DNA of 64,000 nt from Mobula hypostoma (Eukaryota): assembly GCF_963921235.1 (NCBI RefSeq), contig NC_086109.1, positions 28,522,001 through 28,586,000 on the forward strand, given 5' to 3'. A program made the position numbers and the translations under genes. The notes beneath the pieces were generated by a model. That model was not told the origin of the DNA and ran no database searches. It was given only the letters and a program-made list of their open reading frames with translations. How positions within the stretch are numbered: position 1 is the stretch's first letter; each line of letters opens with the position of its first letter. This document shows, piece after piece, positions 39,070-52,055 of this stretch.

Positions 39070-40021
39070 TGCAATATATATTAATGACTTAGATGTGGGA
39101 ATTAAATGCAGCATCTCCAAGTTTGCGGATGACACGAAGCTGGGTGGCAGTGTTAGCTGTGAGGAGGATGCTAAGAGGATGCAGGGTGACTTGGATAGGT
39201 TAGGTGAGTGGGCAAATTCATGGCAGATGCAATTTAATGTGGATAAATGTCAGGTTATCCACTTTGGTGGCAAAAACAGGAAAACAAATTATTATCTGAG
39301 TGGTGGCCGATTAGGAAAAGGAGAAGGGCAACAAGACCTGGGTGTCGTTATACACCAGTCATTGAAAGTGGACATGCAGGTACAGCAGGCGGTGAAAAAG
39401 GCGAATGGTATGCTGGCATTCATAGCAAGAGGATTCGAGTACAGGAGCAAGGAGGTACTACGGCAGTTGTACAAGGCCTTGGTGAGACCACACCTGGAGT
39501 ATTGTGTGCAGTTTTGGTCCCCTAATCTGAGGAAAGACATTCTTGCCATAGAGGGAGTACAAAGAAGGTTCGCCAGATTGACTCCTGGGATGGCAGGACT
39601 TTCATATGAAGAAAGAATGGATCGACTAGGCTTATACTCTTTGGAATTTAGAAGATTGAGGGGGGATCTTATTGAAATGTATAAAATCCTAAAGGGATTG
39701 GACAGGCTAGATGCAGGAAGATGGTTGCCGATGTTGGGGAAGTCCAGAATGAGGGGTTACAGTTTGAGGATAAAGGGGAAGCCTTTTAGGACCGAGATTA
39801 GGAAAATCTCCTTCACACAGAGAGTGGTGAATCTGTAGAATTCTCCGCCACAGGAAACAGTTGAGGCCAGTATATTTAAGAGGGAATTAGATATGGCCCT
39901 TGTGGCTAAAGGGATCAGGAGGTTTGGAGGGAAGGCTGGTGCAGGGTTCTGAGTTGGATGATCAGCCATGATCATACAGAATGGCGGTGCAGGCTCCTGC
40001 ACCTGTTTTCTATGTTTCTAT
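39070..40021 (+). mobile_element. CR1/HER1-like LINE, 5'-truncated, young; 247-aa open RT/C-terminal fragment
   Basis: ORF 39095-39838: ISKFADDTKLGG..WQMQFNVDKC..LVRPHLEYCVQFWSP..FTQRVVNL; tail ttttctatgtttcta. Confidence 0.95.
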
Positions 40022-43000
40022 TGATAGTCCATAGTGAAAAAAATGGAGGCTGGCCATGATTTTCCACACCTTAAAATTTTCAATAAGACATACTGTTTAT
40101 GCGTCTCGTTGGGCGTGGGATCCCTAGATTTAGCCTTGTGGTTAATACACAGTGTTGGCACTTCATTCGTTTCCAATTCCTTTCTTGCTGACGTCCAACT
40201 ACAGACATCTCTTCAGTGCAAATGATTGTTTCATTGTCGGGGAACTCAGAAAATGAAAGCTGTGACATCTCAGAGGCTCTAGTATTTTAAAACCAGTAAT
40301 TGTTTTTGGCAATATTAGCAGGCAATTACTGAACAATTTCATACAGAATTCCTTTGCCTGCTATTTTAATGCAGACGTTAACAAACCAGGCCAAGAAGTA
40401 TCACACACAAAATATTACCCATTTGCCTGGGGCAATGTCAATAAATAGTGTATTATATATGTGTTGGACAATGTTTGGACTGGATTGAACTGTGCTGAGG
40501 TAGTTTGGTTTAGATACTGAACTTGGTTCCATGTGAGCAGTGACATTTTAAGAAATTAACAAAACACTAGTATTAAAAAGCTAACAGAGTTAATAAGGAC
40601 TCAGGCAGTTCTTTGGGATTAAGTGTTACTTGTTTCCACTTTGGTAGTATGGGTTTAGGTTTGATTAAAGAGGCCACACACAGGGCAGGATTTTGGGTCA
40701 TTTGTGTGATGGAACACTCCTATGGGTTATGCTGGGATCTCTGTGTACTTTCAATGCATGGATTTGACATTCTCAATACCATTCAAAATGCTCCTTCCTC
40801 ACATTGAACTAAAGATTTCCAGGAACCACTGGGAATGCTGAAATTTTCAGCGAAGCTTTGAACACATATTTGTACTCTTTTCCTCTCTTCACCTGCTAAT
40901 CTCCTTTATTGACTGAATTTAAGGTGGAATAACCCGCGGCTTGGTCGATTTAGGTGCCGAGCCAAATTGGAAAGGACAGGTACGGGTCGAATCAAGCTGG
41001 TGGGTCCCGGGTCCAGGAGCATATCGAAATGGCATGACCCAGGTCCAAGAGTGAGGAACGACTGTGTGTATGGCTGATTTGAACCTTGGGCCAGATTGAA
41101 AAGGTCGAGGTGGTGGGGCCAGAGGAGAGGGATAGGCTGGTGTTCAGCTTGCTCCCCTGCGAGGTTTACTCATCTCTGTGTTGAACTGAGGCTGTGGCCT
41201 GCAAATAATGGGCTCCTGGATTGACTTTGACTGGCTCCATGGCTGTAGACTTACCTTCATGAACATCAGTTCTGAATGTTATTAGCTGACATTTATGGTT
41301 TGCACAATTTGCTTTTTTTTGGCATATTGGGTTTGACAGTCTTTTTTTAATGAGTTTGATTGGGTTTCATTGTTTTGTGGCTGCCTGCAAGGAGACAAAT
41401 TTCAAGGTATACATACTTTGATAGTAAATATACATTGAGCGTCTCTCTCAGACGTTAGGTATCAGCCAAGCAAATAATACGTCCAGCTTAATAGTGCTAT
41501 TGAGCGTGAGTATTAGTAGGCTGTGAGAGTTGGTGCTGCTGTAGTAGGGACAGGTCTGACACTGAAAAAAAAGAATCTCAGGGTTGTATATGGTGACATG
41601 TGTGCACTCTGGTAATAAATTGAACTTCGAACATTGAACTTTTTGAACTTAGTGCTACAATGGGTTGGGAAGATTTTGCAGGGATGGCATTGGAAAGGAG
41701 AGGTATGGGTTGAATCAAGCCAGCGGGACCTGGGTCCAAGAGCGTATTGAAGTGGCAGAGTTATGTGTTGTAAGTAGACTGAGGCTTAAGAGCACAAAAG
41801 AAGTTTGGTATCACTGTTGCCCTGGAGATCTTGGATGTTGTTCCAGCTTTGAGGTTGTTACCTTCCAACATCCTTTCCTTTTATCAGCCAGAGTTAGTAC
41901 AGGCGCACTTAAAATGAAGGCAAATTTCACTAATAACTGCATCCAATGAGAGGTGGCTACGAAGACAATAAGAGACACTTTCTACGTTATTGCGTTTTAT
42001 TATATTGGCAGAATTTTAGCAGGGACCCTGATTTCCCTGAGGCTTTGTTATTTTTGAGTTAGAATATGGCCTTCTGGACTTCTTGTAGTTAGATGTACTT
42101 ATATAGGCTGCTTTCAGATGGAGTTAATTGACTGCCCTGCTACCCATGATAAGTTCACCTCTGTTCTTAGCTCTCAGTGACGCGGGGCGGTAAAACTTGA
42201 GCTAGTCAGCATTGAACCTCTTGCACTCTTTCCATCCACCACTGAATTCTTCTCTTGCATCTATTTATAATTACCAGTTGCAAATAGACAGAACACGTAC
42301 TACTTATTTGCGCCAGTTGAAGAGCATCCTAACCAAATAGAATCATAAGGAAGTATAGCTCAAAAGAAGGCCTATCGGCCCATCTAGTCTTGACCTAGTC
42401 ATTTAAGCTGCCTATTCCCATCAACCTGCACCGGGACCATAGCCGTCCATACCCCTACCATCTATGTACCTATGATTTAAGGAAATGACTAAAGATCACT
42501 CACCAAGTTACCTGGAATATCTTGCAAGTTAAGAGTGGTTTGTACCAAACACAGAAGGCTAACAAGGTTTTCATTCCACTGTTCTTCCTATTGTTTAACT
42601 GAAGAAAAATGGAGATTGGCTCACTAATCTGAATAAAGAGCAGTGTTGGATCGAGAGCTGGACATTATCAGTATACCGGTGGAAGTGAGGCTGATGTAAC
42701 CACGCAGCATCAAAGCCAGAGGGGGTGGGGGAAAATGTCAAGCATATGACCTTGAGGGTCTTCAGCTGTAAATCTGCTGAAGGAAACCTCACTGGGTAGA
42801 ATTACTCCAAAGCATGTGATATTCAAAAATAACTATTCCTCCATCACATGCAAGTACCATGTGTCATGTCACATCAATTTATTATATTACGGTATTAAAT
42901 AATAATGAATACCTGAAAAAAGAACTGCTGATGATGCAAGTCTGATATAAAAACAGAAAAAAAGAAAGAGAAGTAATACTCCAGGTTGGTGAGGTTGTGA

Positions 43001-43889
43001 ACCTGAAATATTAATTCTGATGTTGCCTGACTGGCGAGTGTTTCTAGCACCTTTTTGCCTTTATGGTAAATTATGGATATATTGCTCAGATTTTAAATTA
43101 AATATGATTTTCAAGGCAGAACCATCTATACAAATGTGTGAATAGATATGGTTTTACTTAAATCACCTTTTAAATCAATAGTATTCATGCAATGTCTATA
43201 AATGGGGGAATGGTGATGCAGATAAATGCCAGAGAAGCTTATGTACTACTGCATGAATAGAAGAGGAATGCAACTCATGCGTCACAGGAGGAATTCTTGA
43301 GTCACTAGTGATCTGTCATGCTCCTGCATTTGTCCAGTAGATGCACAGGATTTATGGGAACTACGTTGTGACGCAGTTGACCGAGTTAGAAATTTTTCCT
43401 GTAAAAATAGAAACAGACATTGCATCCAGTGGCAACACGATAGCATTCATATGTCAGCATTGCACACTTACCCTTATATAATGCTGCAGAAAGCTCGCTG
43501 TCATAATTCTCAGCTGATAGCACCAACAATAGGCCCATTAAACATCGCTATTGCTATGATTGATTTACTCCTTTCCATGCTTGGAGATTTTTGAATCAGT
43601 TCATTAGCAATTCAAGGACTAACTACATGTAGGGAGTTTTTAAATTGCAGATACAAGAACTGGTTTCACCCAGCAAGCCCACAGTGCAGATTTGCTTAGA
43701 TAATGCAGTCAGGGACTACCCATAACAAAAAAACAACGGTTTATACTGATGAAACCTGCTGACGTATTCAACAGGCTAAGTAAAAATCAATTCAAATAGA
43801 ATAACTTAAGAACCTCTGCAGTGGCTTAACCCTTTCCATTCCAAAGATGAAGAAAGATACAGCAGCTAGTCATAAGCTTAAGGAACCTA

Positions 43890-44140
43890 GACTACACCAT
43901 AATCCCTGCTGCTGCCTATAAAGAATTTGTACATTTTCCCCATGACTATGGGGGTTTCCTCTGGGTGCTTCAGTTTCCTCCCCAGTCCAAAGGTGTACTA
44001 GTTATTAGCTTAACTGGTGATTGTAAATTGTACCATGATCAAGCCAGGATTAATTCAGGGGGTTGCTGGGCAGCGCGGCTCGAAGGACCGGAAGGGCCTA
44101 TTCTATGCTGTTTCTCAATAAATCAATAAATTAAATAAAA
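43890..44140 (+). mobile_element. V-type SINE (5'-truncated)
   Basis: gaatttgtacattttccccatgactatgggggtttcctctgggtgcttcagtttcctcc; A-rich tail caataaatcaataaattaaataaaa. Confidence 0.75.
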
Positions 44141-44394
44141 TAAGTTAGAAAAGTACTGTTCGCACTTAGCAAACGCTAAGAAGACAATGACTAGTCTTCG
44201 GTTCATGTCTACATCTTTCTGCCATGAAGTGCAATTCACACTGAAGTGGAGTTAGGAAACAATAATGTTGGTATGATATTGAAAGGCCATAACAGAGACG
44301 GAATTTAAATTCAAGTAATTAAATACAACTAACATTTAAAGTCTATGTCAAAATTGTTGACTGGATTTTGAGTTAAGTCTACAACGTTCTAGAA

Positions 44395-44473
44395 CAGTGG
44401 TTCCCAACCTTTTTATACCATGGACCAATACTATTAAGCAAGGGGTCCATGGGCCCCAGGTTGGGAACCCCTG
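44395..44473. mobile_element. 79-bp hAT (Charlie/MER5-like) MITE
   Basis: TIRs cagtggttcccaacct / aggttgggaacccctg; 8-bp flanks ttctagaa and ttctaaag fit the NTCTAGAN target preference. Confidence 0.85.
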
Positions 44474-44554
44474 TTCTAAAGGGGAGGAAATCTTCTACCT
44501 TTACTTTGAGTGGCCCAGATGAGACTGAATCCATCAATGTGAAATTTCAGCTCG

Positions 44555-46660
44555 AGACTATAAAACATAGGATCAGCATTAGGCCATTTGACCCATCGAG
44601 TCTGCTCCAATATTTCATTATGGCTGCTTTATTTCCCTTTCAGTCCCGTTCTCCTGCCTTATCCCTGCAACCTTTTTATGCCCTGACTAATCAAGAACCT
44701 GTTAACCTCCACCTTAAATGCACCCAATGACCGAGCTGCCACTGCTGTCTGTGGCAACGAATTTCAAAGATTCGTACCCTATGGCAAAAGAACTATTTCC
44801 TCATCTCTGTTCTAAATGGTCTTCCCTCTGGTGTGAGACTCCCCCATCATTGGAAACATCCTCTTCACATCCACTCTATCTAGATCTTTCAACATTCAAT
44901 AGGTTTCAATAAGGTTTCCTCTCATTCTTCTAAATTTCAGTGAGTAAAGGCCCAGAGCCATCAAACACTCCTCATATGATAAGCTTATCATTCCAGAAAT
45001 CGTTTTTGTGAACCTCCTCTGAGCTCTCTGCAATGTCAGCAGATCATGTCTTAAATAAGGGGCCCTAAATTTCTCACAATATTCCAAGTGAGGCCTATCA
45101 AAGCCTTATAAATCATAAATATTACATCCTTGCTTTTACATGCTAACCCTCTTGAAATGAATGCTAACATTGCATTTGCCTTCTGCACCATTGACTCAAC
45201 CAGCAAAAAAAACCTTCAGGGAATCCTGCACAAGAACTCAAGTCCCTTTGTTGCTCGGAATTTTGAATTTTCTCCCCATTTAGAAAACAGTCTCTGCTTT
45301 TATTACTTCTACCAAAGTGCATGGCCATACACTTCCCAAGATTGTATTCTATCTGCCATTTCTTTGCCTGCTCTCCTAATCTGTCCAAGTCCTTCTGCAG
45401 CCTCCATCAACACTACCTGCCCCACCACCTATCTTCATATTGTCCGCAAACTTAGCCACAAAGCCATGAATTTTATCATCCAAATCATTGACATAAAAAG
45501 CAAAAAGTGGTCCCAACACTGACCACATGCAGATCACCATTAGTCAGTCAACCTGAAAAGGCACTCTTTATTTCTAATATTTGCCAGTCAGCCTATACTC
45601 TATCCATGCCGGTATCTTTCCTGTAATACCATGGGCTCTTACCTTGCTTAGAAGCCTCATGTGTGGCACCTTGTCAAAGGCCTTCTGAAAATCCAAGTAC
45701 ACAACATCCACCAATTCCCCTTTGTATATCCTGCTTGTTATTTCCTTAAAGAATTCTAACAGAATTGTCAGGCAAGATTTTCCCTTGAGGAAACCGTGCA
45801 GACTTTGGCCTATTTTATCACGTTCCTCCAAATACCCCAAATCCTCATCCTTAACAATTGACTCCAACATCTTCCCAACCATTGAGGTCAGTATAACCAG
45901 CCTATAATTTTCTTTCTACTCTCCACCTCCATTCTTGGTGAGGGGAATGATATTTATAATTTCCAGTCCTCTGGAACTATTTCAGGATCTAGTGATTCTT
46001 GAAAAATCATTACCAGTGCCTCCACAATCTCTTCAGCTACTCTTTTGGAACTTTGGGGTGTAGTCCATCTGGTCCAAGTGACTTAACTTCAGACCTTTCA
46101 GCTTCCCAAGAAACTTCTCCTTAGTAGTAGCAACTGCACTCACTTCTGGCCCCTGACACTGTCAAACTTCTGGCATAACAGTGTCTTCCACAGTGAAGAT
46201 GGATATTAAATACTTATTGAGTTTGTCCACCATTTCCTTATCCTCCAGTTCTACCTCTCCAGTGTCATTTTCCAGAAGTGCGATATCTATTTTCACCTCT
46301 CCTTTACTCTGTATATATATGAAAAAACTTCTGGTATCCTCTTTGATATTGTTGGCTAGCTTACCTCCATCTTTGCCTTCATTATGACTTTTGTAGTTGC
46401 CTTCTGTTGCTTTTTAAAAATTTTCCAGTCCTCTAACTTCCTACTAATTTTTGTTCTATTTTTGCTTTTATGTTGGCTTTGACATCCCTTGTCAGCCACA
46501 GTTGCATTATCTTGCCTTTAGAATGTTTCCTTTTCTTTGGGATGTATCTATCCTGGGCCTTATAAATTGCTCACAGAAACTCCAGCCATCGCTGTTCTAC
46601 CGTCATCTCTGCTGGTGTCCCGTTCCAATCAACTTTGGCCAACTGCTCTCTCATGTCTCT
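44555..46660 (-). mobile_element. CR1/HER1-like LINE, 2.1-kb degenerate ORF2
   Basis: VGKMLESIVKD..HGFLKGKSCLT.LLEFF..VDVVYLDFQKAFDKVPH; WQIEYN.GKC; QRRFTK.I..YEE.L.ALGLYSL. Confidence 0.92.
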
Positions 46661-46767
46661 GTAATGTGTAAGTTAACAAATTTCACAACACATGCCAGTA
46701 ATAATAAACCTGATTCTTATTCTCTTTTCTCTGTGATTCTCTTTTCTCACAGATTCTCTTTGAAAAC

Positions 46768-47372
46768 CTATGCTCTGTCCGCTAGAGAAAGCAGGATCTC
46801 CCAGTGGCCACACATTTTAATTCCACATCCCATTCCCATTCTGATATGTCTATCCACAGCCTCCTCTACTGTAAAGATGAAGCCACACTCAGGTTGGAGG
46901 AACAACACCTTATATTCCGTCTGGATAACCTCCAACCTGATGGCTTGAACATTGACTTCTCTAACTTCTGCTAATGCCCCACCTCCCCCTTGTACCCCAT
47001 CCATTATTTATTTATATACACACATTCTTTCTCTCTCTCTCCTTTTTCTCCCTCTGTTCCTCTGACTATACCCCTTGCCCATCCTCTGGGTTTTCCCCCT
47101 CTCCCCTTTTTCCTTCTCCCTGGACTTCCTGTCCCATGATCCTCTCATATCCCTTTTGCCAATCACCTGACCAGCTCTAGGCTCCATCCCTCCCCCTCCT
47201 GTCTTCTCCTATCATTTTGGATCTCCCCCTCCCCCTCCCACTTTCAAATCTCTTACTAGCTCTTCCTTCAGTTAGTCCTGACGAAGGGTCTTGGCCCGAA
47301 ATGTCGACTGTACCTCTTCCTAGAGATGCTGCCTGGCCTGCTGTGTTCACCAGCAACTTTGATGTGTGTTGC
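46768..47372 (+). mobile_element. Penelope-like element, 5'-truncated, with 17-bp TSD
   Basis: Close match to 16307-16856 plus the terminal region; tcttattctcttttctc at 46715-46731 and 47373-47389. Confidence 0.9.
47273..47310 (+). ncRNA. Minimal hammerhead ribozyme motif
   Basis: TAGTC-CTGACGA-AGGGTCTTGGCCC-GAAAT-GTC-GACTG; core intact, ACGT palindrome changed to ATGT. Confidence 0.72.
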
Positions 47373-47779
47373 TCTTATTCTCTTTTCTCCATTGTAATAC
47401 TGATACATCTGACTTTAGCTTCTCCTTCTCAAATTGTAGGGTGAAAACACTCATATTATGATCACTGCCTCAAGGGGCAAGTAAGGCTGGGCAACATACG
47501 CCAGCCTGTCAGTCATGTGCACATGCTAAGAGGAAGTAAAAGTTGTCAATATCAGACACTGAAGTCAAAACCTGCTGTTTGCATTCAATGAATGAAGGTC
47601 TGCTCAATTGCTGGAATAACAAGTAAAAGTTAATGGGATGGGGACCATTAAAGATAATTGGTAAAACAGTATTAGATGATTATTTTGTGACAACTCAGGA
47701 GAACAACTCAACTTAGTAGAAGTGTTTTCCAGAAGTTAAAGGGAAGAACAACCAACAGGAACTGTAAGGTGCAGATACA

Positions 47780-48790
47780 TGTCTGCAGTTGTGACCTGAT
47801 ATTTCAGCAGGCAAATTATTAGTGAATGATATAGGAGATGTATGAAATTACTAAAACTAGGACAGATCTATGATTGTTTCCTGGACTGGAGATAGACAAC
47901 TAGCAATGTTTCCCAAGAATTAATGCTAGGGCTTTTTGATTTGTATCAGGTCCATGGGACTAGGTAGTTTAAATGGCTGAGCATGAAGCAGGGTGAGCTG
48001 AAGGCCCTGTTTCTGTGCTGTGCTTTCTATGAGCAGCCCAGATTGGAGGTGCAAGCAACGGGTTTTAAATTTGCGTATGATACAAAACTTAGTAACATTG
48101 CAAACTGTGAAGATATTGATAGGTCACAGAAAAATATAAACAAGCTGGTGGAATGGGTGGATGCTTGAAGGTGAATCCCAATGCAGAGAAATGCAAGGTG
48201 TTTCACCATGGTAGGGAGAATGGGAAAAGGCAATATCAAATAAAGGACACATTCTAAAATGTGAAGATATTAGAGATTCCAGGAAATGTTTGCAAAAAAA
48301 ATCCTGGGATAAGAAACCATAATTACAACGGCAGATTTGGATTTAGAAGTGTATAAAATGATAAGGGATCTGAACAGAGTGGATTGTAAGAGTGTTCTCC
48401 ATTTGGAGGGAGGGTCAAGAACTAGGGAAAACAGGTATAAAATGATAGGAAAAGAAATGAAGAGTAACACAAGGGAAACCATTTTTTTAAAACACACATG
48501 CATGAAATCTAAATTGAATTGAATTGAATGATCTTTATTGTCATTATACATAGGTACAATGAAACTCTGCTTAGTTGTTTGTTTAAACTGTGCCACCTGT
48601 GGCTGTGGTGAATGTAATTTCTATTTGTGGCCTTCAAAAGTAAATAGGATAAATACATGGTGGAGAAAAATAAATGAAGGACATTGGAGAAAAGGCTGGT
48701 AGATGAAACTAGGGTGTTGCTCTGATAGAAAGCCAGCACAGACACAATAAACCGAATGGCCTACCCCTGTGTCATAAGCACGCTATAATT
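47780..48790 (+). mobile_element. Old fragmented CR1-like LINE
   Basis: KFAYDTKL..DIDRSQ.NI.KLVEW; DLEVYKMIRDLNRVD..SRTRENRYK. Confidence 0.75.
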
Positions 48791-50439
48791 CGACTGTCTC
48801 GGGCTAAGATGCTGTCCAATATGGAGATGGGGAGTCAAGAAGCAAGGAACAACCATTGCAGAACATCTGAAACAGAAACAGAAAAGTCAGGAAATACCCA
48901 CCAGAATAGACAGCATCTCTGGGGAGTGAGAAACAGAGTTAAAGTTCCAGGTTAATGATTTTTTTCATTAAAACATGAGAAAAGGAGATTGCGAAACATT
49001 GAAGCTCTCTATTTCATTTTAATATGGAGACTCACTCATTGAGCGTATTTTAGGGGAGGTTTACAGATATTTGGACAGGAGTCACGGGATGTGTGCTTGG
49101 GGCAGGAAAGCTTTGAGATGGAAAATTAACCGTGGCTTTCTTGCACGGGACTGTTGTTCGCTTGCTCCTGTTTAATAAAACCAAAAAGCAGGTCGGGTGC
49201 TATCTATTGCAATCACTCAGTGTGTCTGTTCAGTGATGCTGAGTATCCATGGGCATCCTAGCAACGCATGTCTTGTTGCTGACAGAGATTCACTCACAGC
49301 CAAACACTTACAACAATAGAGTATATATATGGATGATGAGTATAGCTAATCAGGCTTGATGGCTTACCATCCTGCAATGCCACAATATGCATGCTCCTTC
49401 ATTACTGTTTCCATTACGCAATATGATACAGTTGATTTCTTGTCACAGTTGGTGCTGCAATCCCACTCTGCAATATAAAGTGACAGCTGCCATAGCTTTC
49501 AGTAGGATGTTAAACATACATGTGGTCAATGTTGGACTACAGGACTAATAAATTTTATTACAGCGAATAACCAAATACAAAATCAAATTGGAATTAACTA
49601 CCAGCTGCAAGAGATCACAAGGATCAGATGATGATCAAAAGCATCTACAGTTTCACCCTTGTGGTTTATAGTGTTACTTAAACCTGGAGATTATGTTGCT
49701 GCCTGTAATAAATTCCAATCCAACTGTATTTTGCAAATTGCAATTCAACCTGGTGCTTTCGAGAGAGTTTGCCATATGGAGGAAGACCATTTGACCCAGA
49801 AAATTCCATTACTGGCAGTGTGGATCTTTCCTCGTCATATATTTTATCTAAATTACTATTTCCTCAAGGAGAGGCCAATTGTGCTGAAGATCTCCAAAAA
49901 GAAGCAATTTCCTACATTCACTCCACGAACTAATAAACCAAAAGCACTATTTCAATTCACTGATTTTCAATTCTGATTCTCCTTAGTTGTGCATAAATCC
50001 AGTAGCAATGAGTTCAAAACCTGATACAGAGCCACATACTATGGAAACAGGTACTTCGACTCACCATTACTGTGCTAGCAATCCAATATCTACCTCTATA
50101 ACTTTACAGTTTACCTTAGCATGTGCACTCTGTCCAAAATTAACTTCTATTCACCTCAGTGGGACTGAGCATTGGAAGCCGAGTACAATATATATGAACA
50201 TTTAATGCTTTATTGCATGTGTTTCAATACCAGTTTTGATCCCTTTGCAAGAGATAGCTGGATGATGAATTTAGCAGAATTCTGCAGCATGAAATCAGGC
50301 ATGCTGGCCCATGCTATTCTCACTGAGTACCTGTTTATACTAATCTTATTCCCCCTCATCCACACTAACCCTACACCTCTGATTCTCCAGCCGTCCACCC
50401 ACACCAGGGTCAATTTACAGCAGTTAATGAACCTACCAG

Positions 50440-50996
50440 CCAATTCATTTTTCACATGGTCATTGGTGAGGCCGTAGGCGTGGAATAGCGTCTGCAATTT
50501 TGGTCACCCTCTTACAGGAAAAAGGTGGTTAAAGAGTGCAGAAAAGATTTACGAGGATATTACCAGAGATAAAGGGCCTGAGTTATAGGGAGAGGTTGGC
50601 CAGCCTAGATCTTTATTTGTTGGGACACATGAGAGTTAGGGGCAACCTTATAGAAATGTTTACGATTATGAGAGGCCTAGATAAGTTGGGTGGTAACTGT
50701 CTTTGCTGCAGAGTAGGGGAGTCCAAAACTAGAGGACATAGATTTAGAGAGTGAAAGGGGCAAGATTTAAAAGGGAATTAGGGCAATTTTCTCAGGCAAG
50801 TATATGGAAGGAAGATTCAGAGGAGGTAATAACAACCATGGCATTTAAGAAGCACTTATAAAGATACATGGGGGGGGGAGGGTGATCTCAGAAGATATCA
50901 GCTAAATACAGGAAATTAGAACTAATCGGTGGGACACCTTGGTCAGCACAGAGTTGTTGAGTCAAAGGGTTTGTGATTGTGTTGTATTGCTCTATG
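50440..50996 (+). mobile_element. CR1-like LINE 3' fragment
   Basis: ORF 50536: QKRFTRILPEIKGLSYRERL..RVRGNLIEMF..SKTRGHRF. Confidence 0.85.
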
Positions 50997-51089
50997 AACC
51001 AAAAAGAATTTGATCATTCCAGTTTTACAGTTTAGAATATATCACCCACCACCTAATGTTGATTAAGCCAAGACCTAATCCATATCCAT

Positions 51090-51370
51090 TAGGGTGGTAC
51101 AGTACCATTAGCACAACACATTACAGTACCAGCGACCCTGGTTCAACTCCTGCCGCTGCCTGTAAGGAGTTTGTACGTTCTCCCTGTGTCCACATGGGTT
51201 TCCTCTGGGTGTTCCAGTTTCCACCCATAGTCCAAAGGCATACAAATTGGTAGGGTAATTGGTCATTGTGAAGTGTCCTGTCATCAGGCAAGGATCAAAT
51301 TGAGGGATTGATGGGTGGCACGTATTAAAGGGCCTGGTCTGTGTTGTATCTCAATTAAAAAAAAATAAAT
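51090..51370 (+). mobile_element. tRNA-derived V-type/HE1-like SINE
   Basis: B-box ggttcaactcc, V-domain ggagtttgtacgttctccctgtgtccacatgggtttcctctgggtg, poly(A). Confidence 0.8.
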
Positions 51371-51389
51371 ATCAGTAAAATCACACCAA

Positions 51390-52055
51390 TAGATTATGAG
51401 GACACTCAGTCCTCGTTTATTGTCATTTAGAAATGTATGCATTAAAAAATGATACAATGTTCCTCCAGAATGATATCACAGAAACATAAGACAAACCAAG
51501 ACTAAAACTGACAAAACCACATAATTATAACATATAGTTATAACAGTGCAAAGCAATACCATAATTTGATAAAGAACAGACCATGGGCACAGTTAAAAAA
51601 AAATCTCAAAGTTCCGATAGCCTCGTCATCTCACGCAGATGGTAGAAGGGAGAAACTCTCCTTGCTATGAACCTCCAAGTCCCGCCAACTTGCTGATGCT
51701 GCACCATTGGAAGCACCCGACCACAGCCGATCTGAGTCCATCCGAAAACTTCGAGCCTCCGACCAGCCCTCCAACACTGAGCACCAGCACCATCCTCTGC
51801 TGAGCACTTCGACCCCGCTCCGGATGCTGAGCAACAAGCAAAGCCAAGGACTTGGGGCCTTCCCCTCAGGAGATTCCAGACCACACAGCAGCAGCGGCAG
51901 TGAAGCAGGCATTTCAGAAGTTTCACCAGATGTTCCTCCGTGCTTTCACATCCATCTCCATTAAATCAGGATTGGGCACGGCACCCTACTTGACAGATAA
52001 CAGATATCACCACCGGAGCGGCCACTGCGAGCTGCGTTGTGCCACCACCTTTTCC
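51390..52055 (-). mobile_element. Non-autonomous retroposon with GC-rich head and AT-rich Rex-like tail
   Basis: CpG-rich body; tail tttattgtcatt (AATAAA on minus strand); no coding capacity recognised. Confidence 0.55.

Noticed and set aside
39095..39838. 247-aa ORF as a host gene
   Set aside because: 5'-truncated CR1 reverse transcriptase fragment with LINE tail
42913..42941. 29-nt minus-strand exon
   Set aside because: The acceptor tract derives from a decayed Penelope terminus (ctga.ataaaaacagaaaa)
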